A stretch of DNA of 64,000 bases. Source: Octopus sinensis. Its lineage: Eukaryota. Numbering within the stretch: position 1 is the stretch's first letter; each line of letters begins with the position of its first letter. A program made the position numbers and the translations under genes. Of the stretch, positions 1-30,905 are shown in pieces. A model generated the notes under the pieces. The model was not told the DNA's origin, did no database searches, and saw only the letters and a list, made by a program, of their open reading frames with translations. Location of the stretch: the NCBI RefSeq assembly GCF_006345805.1, contig NC_043022.1, forward strand, positions 3,038,001-3,102,000, read 5' to 3'.

Positions 1-635
1 TTCTTACATTCCATCAGTTCAATTGTTTGTGAGCAATAAGTACAATACCTTTTTTTTTTTGGGGAAAATAGCTAGCATGTTATCATCCCTCAATTGTTTA
101 ACACCATGGAAACCAAACTAGAGCACATGCAAAAAAAAAAAAAAATTTTTTTAAGCAAATAGATTTGGTGACATTTTCTAAGATCTGTCTGTCTCTCTCT
201 CTCCATCCTTCTCCCCCTCACACACACACACACTTTATTGTCATAAATTATTTTAAAGTGCAAATATGTTAAATTCTCAAAAAAATATGAATATGTAGTT
301 TTTTTTTTGTTTTTTGTTTTTTGTTTTCTCTTTATCATAATTAATTGAAAGTAATGAAGTTGCATTAAAAAGTGTTATTTGTTTTCTGTGTCTGTGTGAA
401 GGTGTGTGTGTGTGTGTGTGGGGGGGGTATCCTTGTTGAAATATTTTGCTGATGTAGGGAAGGGTTTTGGAGAGACAAAAAAAAAAGGTGATGAAATATT
501 TTGTAGATATATGAGTGTTGAAAATGTAGTTTTCAATAACTGAATGCATTTTTATTCAATTAAAGAAATGTCATTGGTGTCCGGTTCTAAGTTTGACAAA
601 ATATTGCGGCACCCAATATAACATATTATTACAAG

Positions 636-1216
636 CAGGGCTCTGGAGTCGAAACAAAAAACTTTGACTCTGACTCCTCTACTCTCGGCACCTCCGACTC
701 CTCTACTCTCGGCACCTCCGACTCCTCTACTCTCGGCACCTCCGACTCCTCTACTCTCGGCTCCTCCGACCCATCTACTCTCGGCACCTCCGACCCCTCT
801 ACTCTCGGCACCTCCGACTCCTCTACTCTCGGCACCTCCAACTCCTCTACTCTCGGCACCTCCGACTCCTCTACTCTCGGCACCTCCGACTCCTCTACTC
901 TCGGCACCTCCGACTCCTCTACTCTCGGCACCTCCGACTCCTCTACTCTCGGCACCTCCGACCCCTCTACTCTCGGCACCTCCGACTCCTCTACTCTCGG
1001 CACCTCCGACTCCTCTACTCTCGGCACCTCCGACCCCTCTACTCTCGACACCTCTGACTCCTCTACTCTCGGCACCCAAGTGATTATGGTCTGCATATCT
1101 CATAAAGCATATGCATACGCTTGTACTCTGAGTAGGCCTCTATGTTTATATTAAAGAATAAAGGTATTGTGAGTCAGAGTCAATATAGTTTTACTGACTC
1201 CGACCCCACGGTCCTG
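636..1216. mobile_element. hAT-type non-autonomous element (MITE) carrying an internal minisatellite
   Basis: Imperfect TIRs CAGGGCTCTGGAGTCG / rc CAGGACCGTGGGGTCG; 8-bp TSD attacaag (628-635) / atcacaag (1217-1224). Confidence 0.7.
666..1077. repeat. 24-bp minisatellite (actcctctactctcggcacctccg)n, about 17 copies
   Basis: Directly visible; explains the three 8-aa-periodic ORFs at 552-1103. Confidence 0.97.
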
Positions 1217-1224
1217 ATCACAAG

Positions 1225-1440
1225 TGAAGGCACGTGGCTTAGTGGTTAGTGTATTTGGCTCGTGAGCGTAAGTTCATGGGTTCAATTTCCAGTAGTATGT
1301 TGTGTTCTTTATTTCTTGTTGCTCCAGTCCACTCAGCTGGTAAAAATGGGTTGTACCTGTACTTCAAAGGGCCAGGCTCTGTCACATTCTGTGGAGTACT
1401 CAGCCACTTGCACATTAATTTCACGAGCAGGCAGTGAAGC
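1225..1440 (+). mobile_element. tRNA-headed SINE, family B (degenerate)
   Basis: Head gtgaaggcacgtggcttagtggttag...gggttcaatt with A/B-box-like motifs; body shared with 13044-13295 and 29375-29650. Confidence 0.6.
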
Positions 1441-1939
1441 TGGTAGAATCATTAGTGTGTCAGACAAAATGCTTCATGGTGTTTCTTTTGGCTTAATGTT
1501 CTGTGTTCAAATTTCACCAAGGTAGACTTCATCTTTCATCTTTTCAGGGTTTTATAAAATAAGTACCAGTTGTTCACCTAGGTTGATGTAAATCAACTAG
1601 TTAGGGTTAGGGTTAATGGCTGTAATGCCCCTCTTCCAAGGAGCAAGTGTTTTAGTTCCCAGACATGGTCTCGGATCAAAATTACTTGTCAGTCTTAGAA
1701 TTTGAATAGATTCAACCAATGTTTGAAAACAAAGATGCTGCCTGAAAAAGAAGAAAGAAAACACTGCAGATGTTCACTTTTTTGAATACTGCAATCTCTC
1801 TCTCTCTTGTGGTGCATCAAACTTGTGATTTTGTTGTTGTTTTTGGTAAATATTTTTATTTGTTTTTAATGAGCATCTTAGAAATCTTAATTTTTAAAAA
1901 AACTTTTTCTGATAATTTAAATCAGAGGCTGCCCTTTGT

Positions 1940-2059
1940 TTTCATGGCCATATCACGTTGAAAGCAGCGGTTCTCGTCTGATCACCGAAGTTAAGCAACG
2001 TCAAGCCTAGTCAGTACTTAGATGGGTGACCGCTTGGGAAACCTAGGTGCTGTAAGCAT
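1940..2059 (+). pseudogene. Full-length 5S rRNA-derived sequence (dispersed copy / retro-chimera head)
   Basis: ggccatatcacgttgaaagcagcggttctcgtctgatcaccgaagttaagcaacgtcaagcctagtcagtacttagatgggtgaccgcttgggaaacctaggtgctgtaagc follows the metazoan 5S consensus end to end. The first 6 nt are decayed and there is no oligo(T) terminator after it. Confidence 0.9.
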
Positions 2060-2358
2060 AGCACATTGTTTGGCCGATGCCAGCACCACCTCGACTGGCT
2101 TCTGTGCTGGTGGCACATAAAAAGCACCAACCAATCGTGGCCGATGCCAGACCCCTCTGGCACCTGTGCAGGTGGCACGTAAAAAGCACCCACTACACTC
2201 GCGGAGTGGTTGGCGTTAGGAAGGGCATCCAGCTGTAGAAACACTACCAGATCAGACTGGAGCCTGGAGCAGCCCCTGGCTCCCCAGACCCCGGTCGAAC
2301 CGTTCAACCCGTGCTAGTGCGGAAAACGGACGTTAAACGTTGATGATGATTATGATGA
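2060..2358 (+). mobile_element. Family C repeat = 3' UTR/tail of an RTE-clade LINE, ending in (GAT)n
   Basis: ggttggcgttaggaagggcatccagctgtagaaac...catgctagcatggaaaacggacgttaaac(gat)n; the same tail follows RTE ORF2 coding sequence at 59655-60400. Confidence 0.8.
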
Positions 2359-2371
2359 AGCTTCTAAGTTA

Positions 2372-2688
2372 AACCCTTAAGGGCAATGATAAAGAATACG
2401 CACACCTAGTGTTTAAGGCTTGGGGTTAAGGTTTAGGGTGGTGTGCGTATTCTTTACCTCTGCCCCCTTAACATTTAAACTGGCCAGATTCGTCCTGTTT
2501 TATTTCCAAACCAGCCAGATAAGGCTTATCTGGCTTCTCGCACCTACCCTACAATGTCATTTTAAAAATAAACAATCACATCATTGAAATCTTGGAAGCT
2601 CTGAGATAATGCACGGTTAAATTTCAAAGCCATGTGAATGAATAAGCATTGCATTTGATAGAAAAAATCTGAATGTTGAGAGGGTTAA
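2372..2688. mobile_element. piggyBac-like MITE (family K) with a nested 86-bp TTAA-flanked hairpin MITE at 2381-2466
   Basis: Ends aaccc...gagggttaa; body matches 4631-4851 inverted. The insert has ~27-bp TIRs gggca..taaagaatacgcacacc and TTAA on both sides. Confidence 0.65.
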
Positions 2689-2976
2689 AGTGTTTGTGTA
2701 ATTGAAGAGAAGCTTAGGTGCAGGTTGGGCCTGGAGCTGTGGAAAACTTGCCTCTGCGAATTCTGTAAAACCCAGCTAAGTATTAAAAAATGGATGTCAG
2801 AATGATGGCAATGATTGTGATGACAACAGTGGTGATGATGATGAAGATGATGATGGCAATGATGTCGGTCGCATCCTTTTTTATCATAGTATATTCCAGT
2901 CAAACAGTGTAATAAGGGAAAAAAGTTATTTTATTGAAATCCTCCTTTCTATAGTTTTGATCATTTTTATTTCATA

Positions 2977-3369
2977 CTAGCCGTATCACCCGGCATTGCT
3001 CGAGTTTGTAAGGGAAATAACTATATAAGCATTTTTAGAGAGTTATAGCCAAAAAATGCATTAAAAATGGAAAAAAAATTATGGTAAATTTTTTTTTAAT
3101 CGTTGACTCATCGTAGACATTTTTAGAGAGTTACTTCCCTTATATAATAGCGAAAAAATGCATTAAAATGGGAAAAAATGATGGTAAATTTTTTTTTAAA
3201 TCGTAGACTCATCGTAGACGCACGCTAATACCCAGAAGGGCTCGATATGAATCACGACTATAAGATACCCGGTTTTGGTTAAACTGCACCGCAAAATGTG
3301 GGAGTAGTTAGGAATCTAAATCGTAGGAGACAGACACACATATAAAAACTTCACTTTTATATATAAAGA
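2977..3369 (-). mobile_element. Non-autonomous Helitron
   Basis: On the minus strand: A|TC start, subterminal hairpin and CTAG|T end; homologous to 53035-53409. Confidence 0.85.
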
Positions 3370-3616
3370 TATTCCAGTCAAACAGTGTAATAAGGGAAAA
3401 AAGTTATTTTATTGAAATCCTCCTTTCTAAAGTTTTGATCATTTTAAAAAGTAATCGAGACAGGCAGTGAACGCCATCCGAAATATGATTATGGAATGGT
3501 GAAATATTGATAGGAACCATTTTTTTGTTGACATATGTCCTGCTTAATTCTTCATCCCACACCCACCTGCCAGGCATTATTTGCTTATTAGTGTCTTTTT
3601 TCTCTTTATTCTTCAG

Positions 3617-22917
<19,301 letters not shown>

Positions 22918-23339
22918 GTAAGTATACCACGACATCTTCCTCCTACCCCACCACCCTATCTCTCTCTCTCTCTCTCCATTGACATCCATTAATTTTTTTT
23001 TCAAGGCTTCATGAGAGAAAATACCTTTTATGATATTGAAGATGTTTTCATATAGACCCCACATGTGATCCCCCCACACATCCATTACATACTTTGCCTT
23101 TCATCATATTTTACTCTTTTATTTTATTTCTTTTTAATTGGTATATTTTCTTTTTAGTGTCTGAATTTTCATTTCTGTTTTTTTTTTCTCCTTTTATCAT
23201 CCTCAGTCATATATACTTACGCATATGTATGTATGAAAAACTTGCCTGAATGAGTGTATAAAAAAATGTAGCTGCTTGAATTGTCGAGGACATAAGCAAA
23301 TTAACTGCTTGTTTCTCTGGGATTGGTCAAATTGATATA

Positions 23340-23389
23340 AACACTTCTGATGAGAGGTCAATAAGGCTCGAAAATCGGTAAAGGCTGTT
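23340..23389 (+). ncRNA. Minimal type I hammerhead ribozyme-like motif (Penelope-type)
   Basis: aacactt-CTGATGA-gag(gtcaataagg)ctc-GAAA-atcgg-TA-aag(gc)tgtt: intact core, 3-bp stem II, bulged 7-bp stem I, GUA cleavage triplet. Confidence 0.6.
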
Positions 23390-23631
23390 CGCCTTCTTTT
23401 TCAACCTACAGAGAAATAGCTTAATTTTCATTCTATATATCTACTATATAAGTTACATATATATTTATGTATGAAAATCTTATTTATGTATGTATGAAAA
23501 ATTCATATGTATGTGTGTATGAAAAACATATATTTACATACACATGCATACTAACTTCAGAAATACAAGCATTTTAATTTAGAAAACCATCTTATGTATG
23601 ATTATACACACAAGCACTTATATATATATAT

Positions 23632-24048
<417 letters not shown>

Positions 24049-24176
24049 TGCTTTGTATCATCGTAAGTTGGGTAGTTTTATAAATGAAGATATTTGAATA
24101 TTTCTGAAGAGCCAGTGTTTCTGTATCTGGACATATTTAACCATACAACCACTAAGCAAGAATGGGAAATGTTTGG

Positions 24177-24209
<33 letters not shown>

Positions 24210-24590
24210 CAGGAAAATAGGGTCCAGTAGAATTGTTATTCTCCTTGCTATGTGTCTTTAACATGGTAATTCACTACAAACTCTAGAAAATACAACTAAA
24301 TATGTTGAAGAGAATCTATTCATCAAGTGGAAGCCACTTATTATAATCACTGCTTATGATACTGTTTTACTCTCTGCTTAATGTAATCAGCTGATTATTG
24401 GTGCATAGAAGGGTCTCTCCCAAAGTGATCACAATAAGGAGCTTCCACCGTCTTTCAGCTTTATTTGGTTTTATCATCTTCACCCAGAACAGACTTCATA
24501 ATATTTATATTTTCAAGGATGGGAGTTGTACCTTCTTCAATTCAATACATGAACCTTGGGGCAGTGGGGAAACATTGCCCATTAAATTAA

Positions 24591-25247
24591 CCCTTTAACT
24601 GTCTTGGGTATCTTGTGATACACAGGACAAAGTTCCTTGATATCTATGTATCATTTAGGATACACATTCCCAATTCTTTACAGCCTCCAGAATAACTTGG
24701 GCCTTATAAAAAAAAAAGCTTTGTATTACTCAGAATGTACGAAACAAGAGCTTACAAAAAGGCTGAAAATATACACGGATATTTAGGACAAACTTAGAAA
24801 AATAAAAATGCTTTATACAGGCAAAGGGCTAACTTATGCTATGAGTCACTCAATATCTGTTACTCTCCTTAAACCCCTTTGCCTGTCCTTTCTTATCACA
24901 TGATACTTAGGACATATTTCCCTGGTGTCCCTGGCATCATATCTGACACACATTCCCAATTATTTTTTTCTCAACCTCCAGAGTAACTTAGGACTTTGGA
25001 AAGTTTTATATTGCACAGAACCTATGAGACAAGGGCTAACTAAAAATCTGGAAACAAGCATGGATGTTTAGGGGAAACTTAGGGAAATGATTTGGACAGG
25101 CAAAGGGTTAACTCACACTATGGAATTTGAGTCACTCACTTGAGTAACTTATGTTGTGGAGCTCGAGTCACTCAATATCTGTTTCCCTCCTTAAACCCCT
25201 TTGCCTGTCCTTTCTTATCACATGATAAGATTTGGACAGGCAAAGGG
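24591..25247. mobile_element. Three tandem piggyBac-like MITE copies (24591-24828, 24875-25107, mini 25197-25247)
   Basis: TIR CCCTTTGCCTGTCC / GGACAGGCAAAGGG, ttaa-type flanks, duplicated spacer gagtcactcaatatctgtt. Confidence 0.7.
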
Positions 25248-26042
25248 ATGGAAGTTTATTTTCTAAATAATTTTATTTTTACAGCTTTATAGTATTTTTG
25301 TTATTTTTCTTTATTTACCTAAAATGAAAATTATATTTTCTCCTGTTGAGATTATTTTATCTAGAATTGCTGAGAAACAAGTTTACTCTCGGTACAAACA
25401 CAATAAAATATTATTGAAATTGTAATAACAGTAATATGCTGATGTCATGTTTTTAGGGATTTAGTTCTCGTAAATATTTTTCTTTGTCAAACCCTTTATC
25501 TAATGTATTAGAATAATGAATAAATTAGAAAAAAAATGAATAAATAATGTTTAAAAACAAATAATTTTTACGAATATGATAAAGATTAAAAAAAAAATGA
25601 AGAGAAGAAAATGAAAATAATCTGCTTCTTAGCTGGCCTTATGAAAATGGTATTGTGGACTGGCGGAATTGTTAAAGTGTCGGACAAAATTACCATTGTG
25701 GTAATTCTTCCACCTCTTTTTTTTTGCATTCCGAGTTCCATATGCCACCCAGGTCAACTTCGCCCTTTCATCCCTCCAAGGGGGTCGATAAATGAAAGTA
25801 CCAGTAAAATACTGGGGTCGATGTAATCGACTAACCCAAATTGCAGGCCTTGTGCCTTAAAAAAAATTTTTTATTTTTTAAAAGTTTTAAATCTCCCCCT
25901 CCCCTCAACAAATTATTAAATTGCTCCGATTCCTTTGTACACATACACACCAGCCCCTGTCTGTCTAATATCCCTAGTCTGGTGTCCGTTCAATCTCTTG
26001 ACTGTAAGCCTAACTTAACTTTGATTAACCCTTGTTTTCCAG

Positions 26043-26105
26043 GATAAGTGGACAAATTACTTCCTGGCACGCCATTCTATATGTTCATCTAACCTAAAAG
26101 ACCAA
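26043..26105 (+). CDS. Candidate additional TAO exon (63 nt, phase 0-0) DKWTNYFLARHSICSSNLKDQ
   Basis: Branch-like ctaac/ttaac, cttgttttccag| acceptor, CAA|gtaagc donor; open in the phase required after 22917. No recognised homology. Confidence 0.5.
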
Positions 26106-26499
26106 GTAAGCTGCTCCTAAGTACATCCTCCTGGTACTGCACAGACCACTGTCAGTGATTCTATTGGATGTTGTCAAAAGCCCAGTTGTTGTTGTTGTTC
26201 TTGTTGTTGTTGTCTTCCAAAAAAAAAAAAAACCTCTTTCCTCTCTATCTCTCTCTCTTTCCTCCTCTCCTCCTGAGCTGAGATCTGACACACAGGCTAT
26301 GCTGGCACTACAGATGTTGTTCATTCCCTGTTCGGAGCATGTACAGCTATAATAGTTGTAGACGTCTGTTGTTTGGTTAAAGCTTTTTTTTTCTGTAGTT
26401 CCGGCTTCTTATTGCATCCCCTGCATATCCTAGGCATTTCTTTTCCTCCTCTTGTTCCCTTTCACAGCTCGTTTTGATCCCTGAATCGTTACATTATCA

Positions 26500-26536
<37 letters not shown>

Positions 26537-27207
26537 CAAAACAAAACTCCCTAATTTAAAAAAAAAAGAATTTTATCCATTATTGTTTCCCCCCTTATTT
26601 TATTCCCTAATTGTGTTTTTTTTTTTTAATGAAGTTGAGTTGCTACTTAGAGAATTAATTAACTAATATTATTATTTTACAATCTTGTTGATTTTTTTTT
26701 TTTTTTCTTGAATCGCTATAATAGTTTTCTTGTCGTTGTTGTTCACCTTCCTGTCACCACCCTATCTGTTGTTATTGATTCCTAATAATTTTCCCTTCCA
26801 AAATAAGATTTGCTGGTGGGCTCACATCAAGCATCAGCAAAACCCGAGAGCACATACACATCTGCACAAACTCTGTTAGTATTCTTTGTGTCCATTGATA
26901 CGGTTTCTGCTTTTAATGTGAACTTAGAGCACCATCTCCACAAAATATGTTATATTGCTCACAATGTAGACCAGTTTCTTCAAACTAGTTTTGCAGACTT
27001 GTATGAACTACAGAATTGAAAAAATAACTGTTGGTGGCCTGTTTTAGCAACAGTTAATTCATAGGAGCATCTGTAGAAGTGTTGGCTGAGTTCATTTGAT
27101 GTAGGGAGTGTGGAATGGTAAGGTTTTGAGGGCTCTTGCTCTTTACCTGAGTGTAATTCTCTTTAGATGTCTTGGATGAATTTTTAATCTCGGTTTAGAT
27201 CAGTGAT

Positions 27208-27622
27208 TACTTACTTTACTTGTTTCAGTCATTTGACCGCGGCCATGCTGGAGCACCGCCTTTAGTCGAGCAAATCGTCCTCGGGACTTATTCTTTGTTA
27301 GCCCAGTACTTATTCTATCGGTCTCTTTTGTCGAACCGCTAAGTGACGGGGACATAAACACACCAGCATCGGTTGTCAAGCAATGCTAGGGGGACAAACA
27401 CAGACACACAAACATATACACGCATATACATACATATATATATATATATACATATATACGACGGGCTTCTTTCAGTTTCCGTCTACCAAATCCTCTCAGA
27501 AGGCTTTGGTCGGCCTGAGGCTGTATTAGAAGACACTTGCCCAAGATGCCACGCAGTGGGACTGAACCCAGAACCATGTGGTTGGTAAGCAAGCCACTTA
27601 CCACACAGCCACTCCTGCGCCT
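27208..27622 (-). mobile_element. SINE A
   Basis: Full-length reverse complement. Confidence 0.9.
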
Positions 27623-28500
27623 AAAAATGGTTGATTCTCAACCATTTTTTCTTTTTTGCCTACGGTCTGCTTGGATTCCTATTTTACTTAGACATTCAAT
27701 GTTTAATAAATCCTACAGTATTTTTTTATAATTCAATATTATTAGGAATTATGAGGTCACCTTTGCCTTTCATCCTTTCGGGGTTGATAAATTAAGTACC
27801 ATTTGAGTACTGGGGTCGATCTTATTGACTGGCACCTTCCCCCAAGATTTCAGGCCTTGTGCCTAGAGTAGACAAGAATATTATTAGGAATTATATGAAA
27901 AGTTATGTCACATCAAATTTTTAACAACAAAATCTCATATAGACTCTGAAGGCGCAGGTGGACCCTGGTTGCGAATCACTACTTTAGCTAGAATAAAGAG
28001 AAAAATATTTTTGGACTTGCGTATTGATGAATGTAACTGGTCTGTCTGCAGTTGATGTGATTTGGGGATTAAGTTCTATAAATCTGTCTTGCATTCATGT
28101 TTTAATAAGAGATATATAATACAGTGAATGTCTCGTTAAAGTCTTCTCAGGTTGTCAAGCTCAATATATTTTTATGACTGTCATAGATGTTTGTCTTTAG
28201 ATTTAGTGTTTGTCACCTGATACAGGTAGTCGTTCTAGACAATATATTTCTCCTTTACATATCTCGTTATATCCTTTGTCATATACTCTGGTGAAGTAGC
28301 TTCCATTTTTAGTTAATATAATAAGAAAAAAATCCAGGTATGTCTCATATTCCTGAGAAAGGCATGAATGTTACAAACTCTCAACCTCATGTTTATAAAC
28401 ATATGGACCCCTGCATAAGCTGAAACAATGATTCTTTCATTGTTTCTTTGCACCTTGTTAAAATACACTTTTGACCCCGAATTCCTTGATTGTCTTGAAA

Positions 28501-28734
28501 CCGTAGTTCTCAACCATCTTTTGCCTATGGAGCCCTTTGTTTCCTGTTTTATTCTGCTGCCACCTCTGTAGCCATTCAATGTATGTAAAAAAAAAAAATT
28601 TATTGTATTTTTACAATTAATGAGAATTGTATGAAAAATTGTTAAAATATTTTGTATATTATGGAAATGTAACCAGTTTATAGCACATAAATTTTTAAAA
28701 AATCTTATCAGGGCCTCAACTGAAAACCCACTAG
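28501..28734. mobile_element. hAT-type MITE (degenerate)
   Basis: ccgtagttctcaacc ... gaaaacccactag termini; 8-bp flanks tcttgaaa / tcttaaaa. Confidence 0.6.
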
Positions 28735-29374
28735 TCTTAAAAGAAGTCAGTCAAGATACCCCAAAGAACCCTTACGGCTCGATGTTCAATCATGGCAGGA
28801 AAATAATTTCCCTGTTAAACAGAACAATGTCCCTGGTATATATTTCTCCCTCTAAATCAAAGGTCAGAGGTTTAAAGTGATGAATTTTAGGACAGCAAGC
28901 ACCAGAATTAGGACAGAATTAACCAATTCAGTAGATGTTCTTGTCCTGAGTGATGGTCCTATGGATTGGTCTTAATGGTTCAGTTGACTACCTCCTCATT
29001 AAAGGACTTGTTTTAGGCTCTCACTGATAATAACAGACCTATATATTTAAATGGATGTTGTGCAAATTTAGGAACCAAATAATAATTTTCTTTATCCACT
29101 TAAGATTTTTTAGTAATTTTCAGCTGTAGTTATTCATAACTGTAGCACATACTCTAAATGGTTTAAAAGTAACCATTTCGTTTTCCAATTATTCACTTTC
29201 TAACCATCTTCAACCAATCAATCTGGACATCAACTGATAGTGATCTGAACCGCATTATCTCTATAAAAACAAATGATCCCTAGAACAATGTCCGGCGAAG
29301 ATATAGTTTGCAACACAGCTCCACATAACATGCATTTTAGAAAATCAACAAATGTGAAACCGGTTAAGTGTTTT

Positions 29375-29985
29375 TGAAGACACGTAGCTTAGTCGTTAGG
29401 GTGTTACACTCACAATTGCCAGATTGTAGGTTTGATTCCTAGACCATACAGCAAATGTTCTTAGGCAAATTTCTTCATTTCACATTAATCTAGTTTACTC
29501 AGTTTTAAACGGGTAAAGCCTGTGATGGACTAGTCCACTGATCAGTGGGAGGTGCTGGTTTGCTTGCCTAGCCAGCTGGGTGGCATCATTCAAAAGCTAA
29601 AACAATGCAAAGTGCATTGTGACCAGCGATGTATAACAACATTCAGTAGTTTGGTCGGTATAAGTATTTAAATAAATCTTCACATATTCTCTGTACATTT
29701 TCAACTTCACTTATTTATTCTGTACTACTACCACTCGTTTGGATTATTTCACGCTCTGGTTCACTCAGCTGTAAAAATTAGTTGCGATATCACTGGTGAC
29801 AAGTTGTATCAGCCCCTTTGCCTTTCCCTTGGATAACATCAGTGGCTTAGAGAGGGGAGGCTGGTATGCATGGTCGACTGCTGGTCTTCCATAAACAACC
29901 TTGTCTGGACTCGGGCCTCGGTGGGGAACTTTCTAGGTGCAATCCCATGGTCATACATGACCGAAGGGGGTCTTTACCCTTTTTA
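29375..29985 (+). mobile_element. tRNA-headed SINE(s), families B/N
   Basis: Head tgaagacacgtagcttagtcgttagg...ggtttgattcc; the 3' part matches 50670-50850. Confidence 0.6.
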
Positions 29986-29990
29986 TATAA

Positions 29991-30048
<58 letters not shown>

Positions 30049-30487
30049 AATGTATCATATGGTCAAATAGTTTCGGGTTAGAGTTTGTTTTGCAGCCCTG
30101 GGGCTTGGGTTCAATCCCATTACAAGGCATCTGTGATGAATGTCATTTCCTACAGCTGTATGTTAACCAATGTCTTGTGAGTGATATTGAAGGGAAGGAA
30201 ACTGTACAGAAGCCTGTCAGATGGATTATGCCTGTTATGCAAAAGAGGTTGCTTTGTCACACATTAAGTCTTATGCTGATTCTGCCCGAGAAGAATTAGC
30301 TTAAGAGCAGATATGTCTGTGGAATACTTGGCCACTTATAACTTAATCCAAGGTCAGGCAATTCAGTTGAGATCAAACAACTGAGTCCTCAGTCAACTGG
30401 GATATCCAGCCTCAATCCCACCCTATGTATTTAAAAGCTGTCTCTAAGAATATTGTGGCTGCATTGTTGCCTTAATGATCTAAATAA

Positions 30488-30905
30488 CTTTTACTCTTTT
30501 ACTTGTTTCAGTCATTTGACTGCGGCCATACTGGAACACCGCCTTTGGTCGAGCAAATCGACCCTGGGACTTATTCTTTGTAAGCCCAGTACTTATTCTA
30601 TCGGTCTCTTTTGCCGAACCGCTAAGTGACGGGGACGTAAACACACCAGCATCAGTTGTCAAGCAATGCTAGGGGGACAAAAACAGACACACAAACATAT
30701 ACACACACATACACGCACACACATATATATATATACATATATATGACGGGCTTCTTTCAGTTTCCGTCTACCAAATCCACTCACAAGGCATTGGTCGGCC
30801 CAAGGCTATAGCAGAAGACACTTGCCCAAGATGCCACGCAGTGGACTGAACCCGGAACCATGTGGTTGGTAAGCAAGCTACTTACCACACAGCCACTCCT
30901 GCGCC
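30488..30905 (-). mobile_element. SINE A
   Basis: Full-length reverse complement. Confidence 0.9.

Noticed and set aside
552-1103. Three long ORFs with AESRGVGG / PRVEESEV / TPLLSAPP repeats
   Set aside because: They are translations of a stop-free 24-bp minisatellite inside a MITE; no splice or promoter context
1599-1615. TTAGGG telomere-like repeats (also in 2420-2440)
   Set aside because: Only two units; too short to call an interstitial telomere
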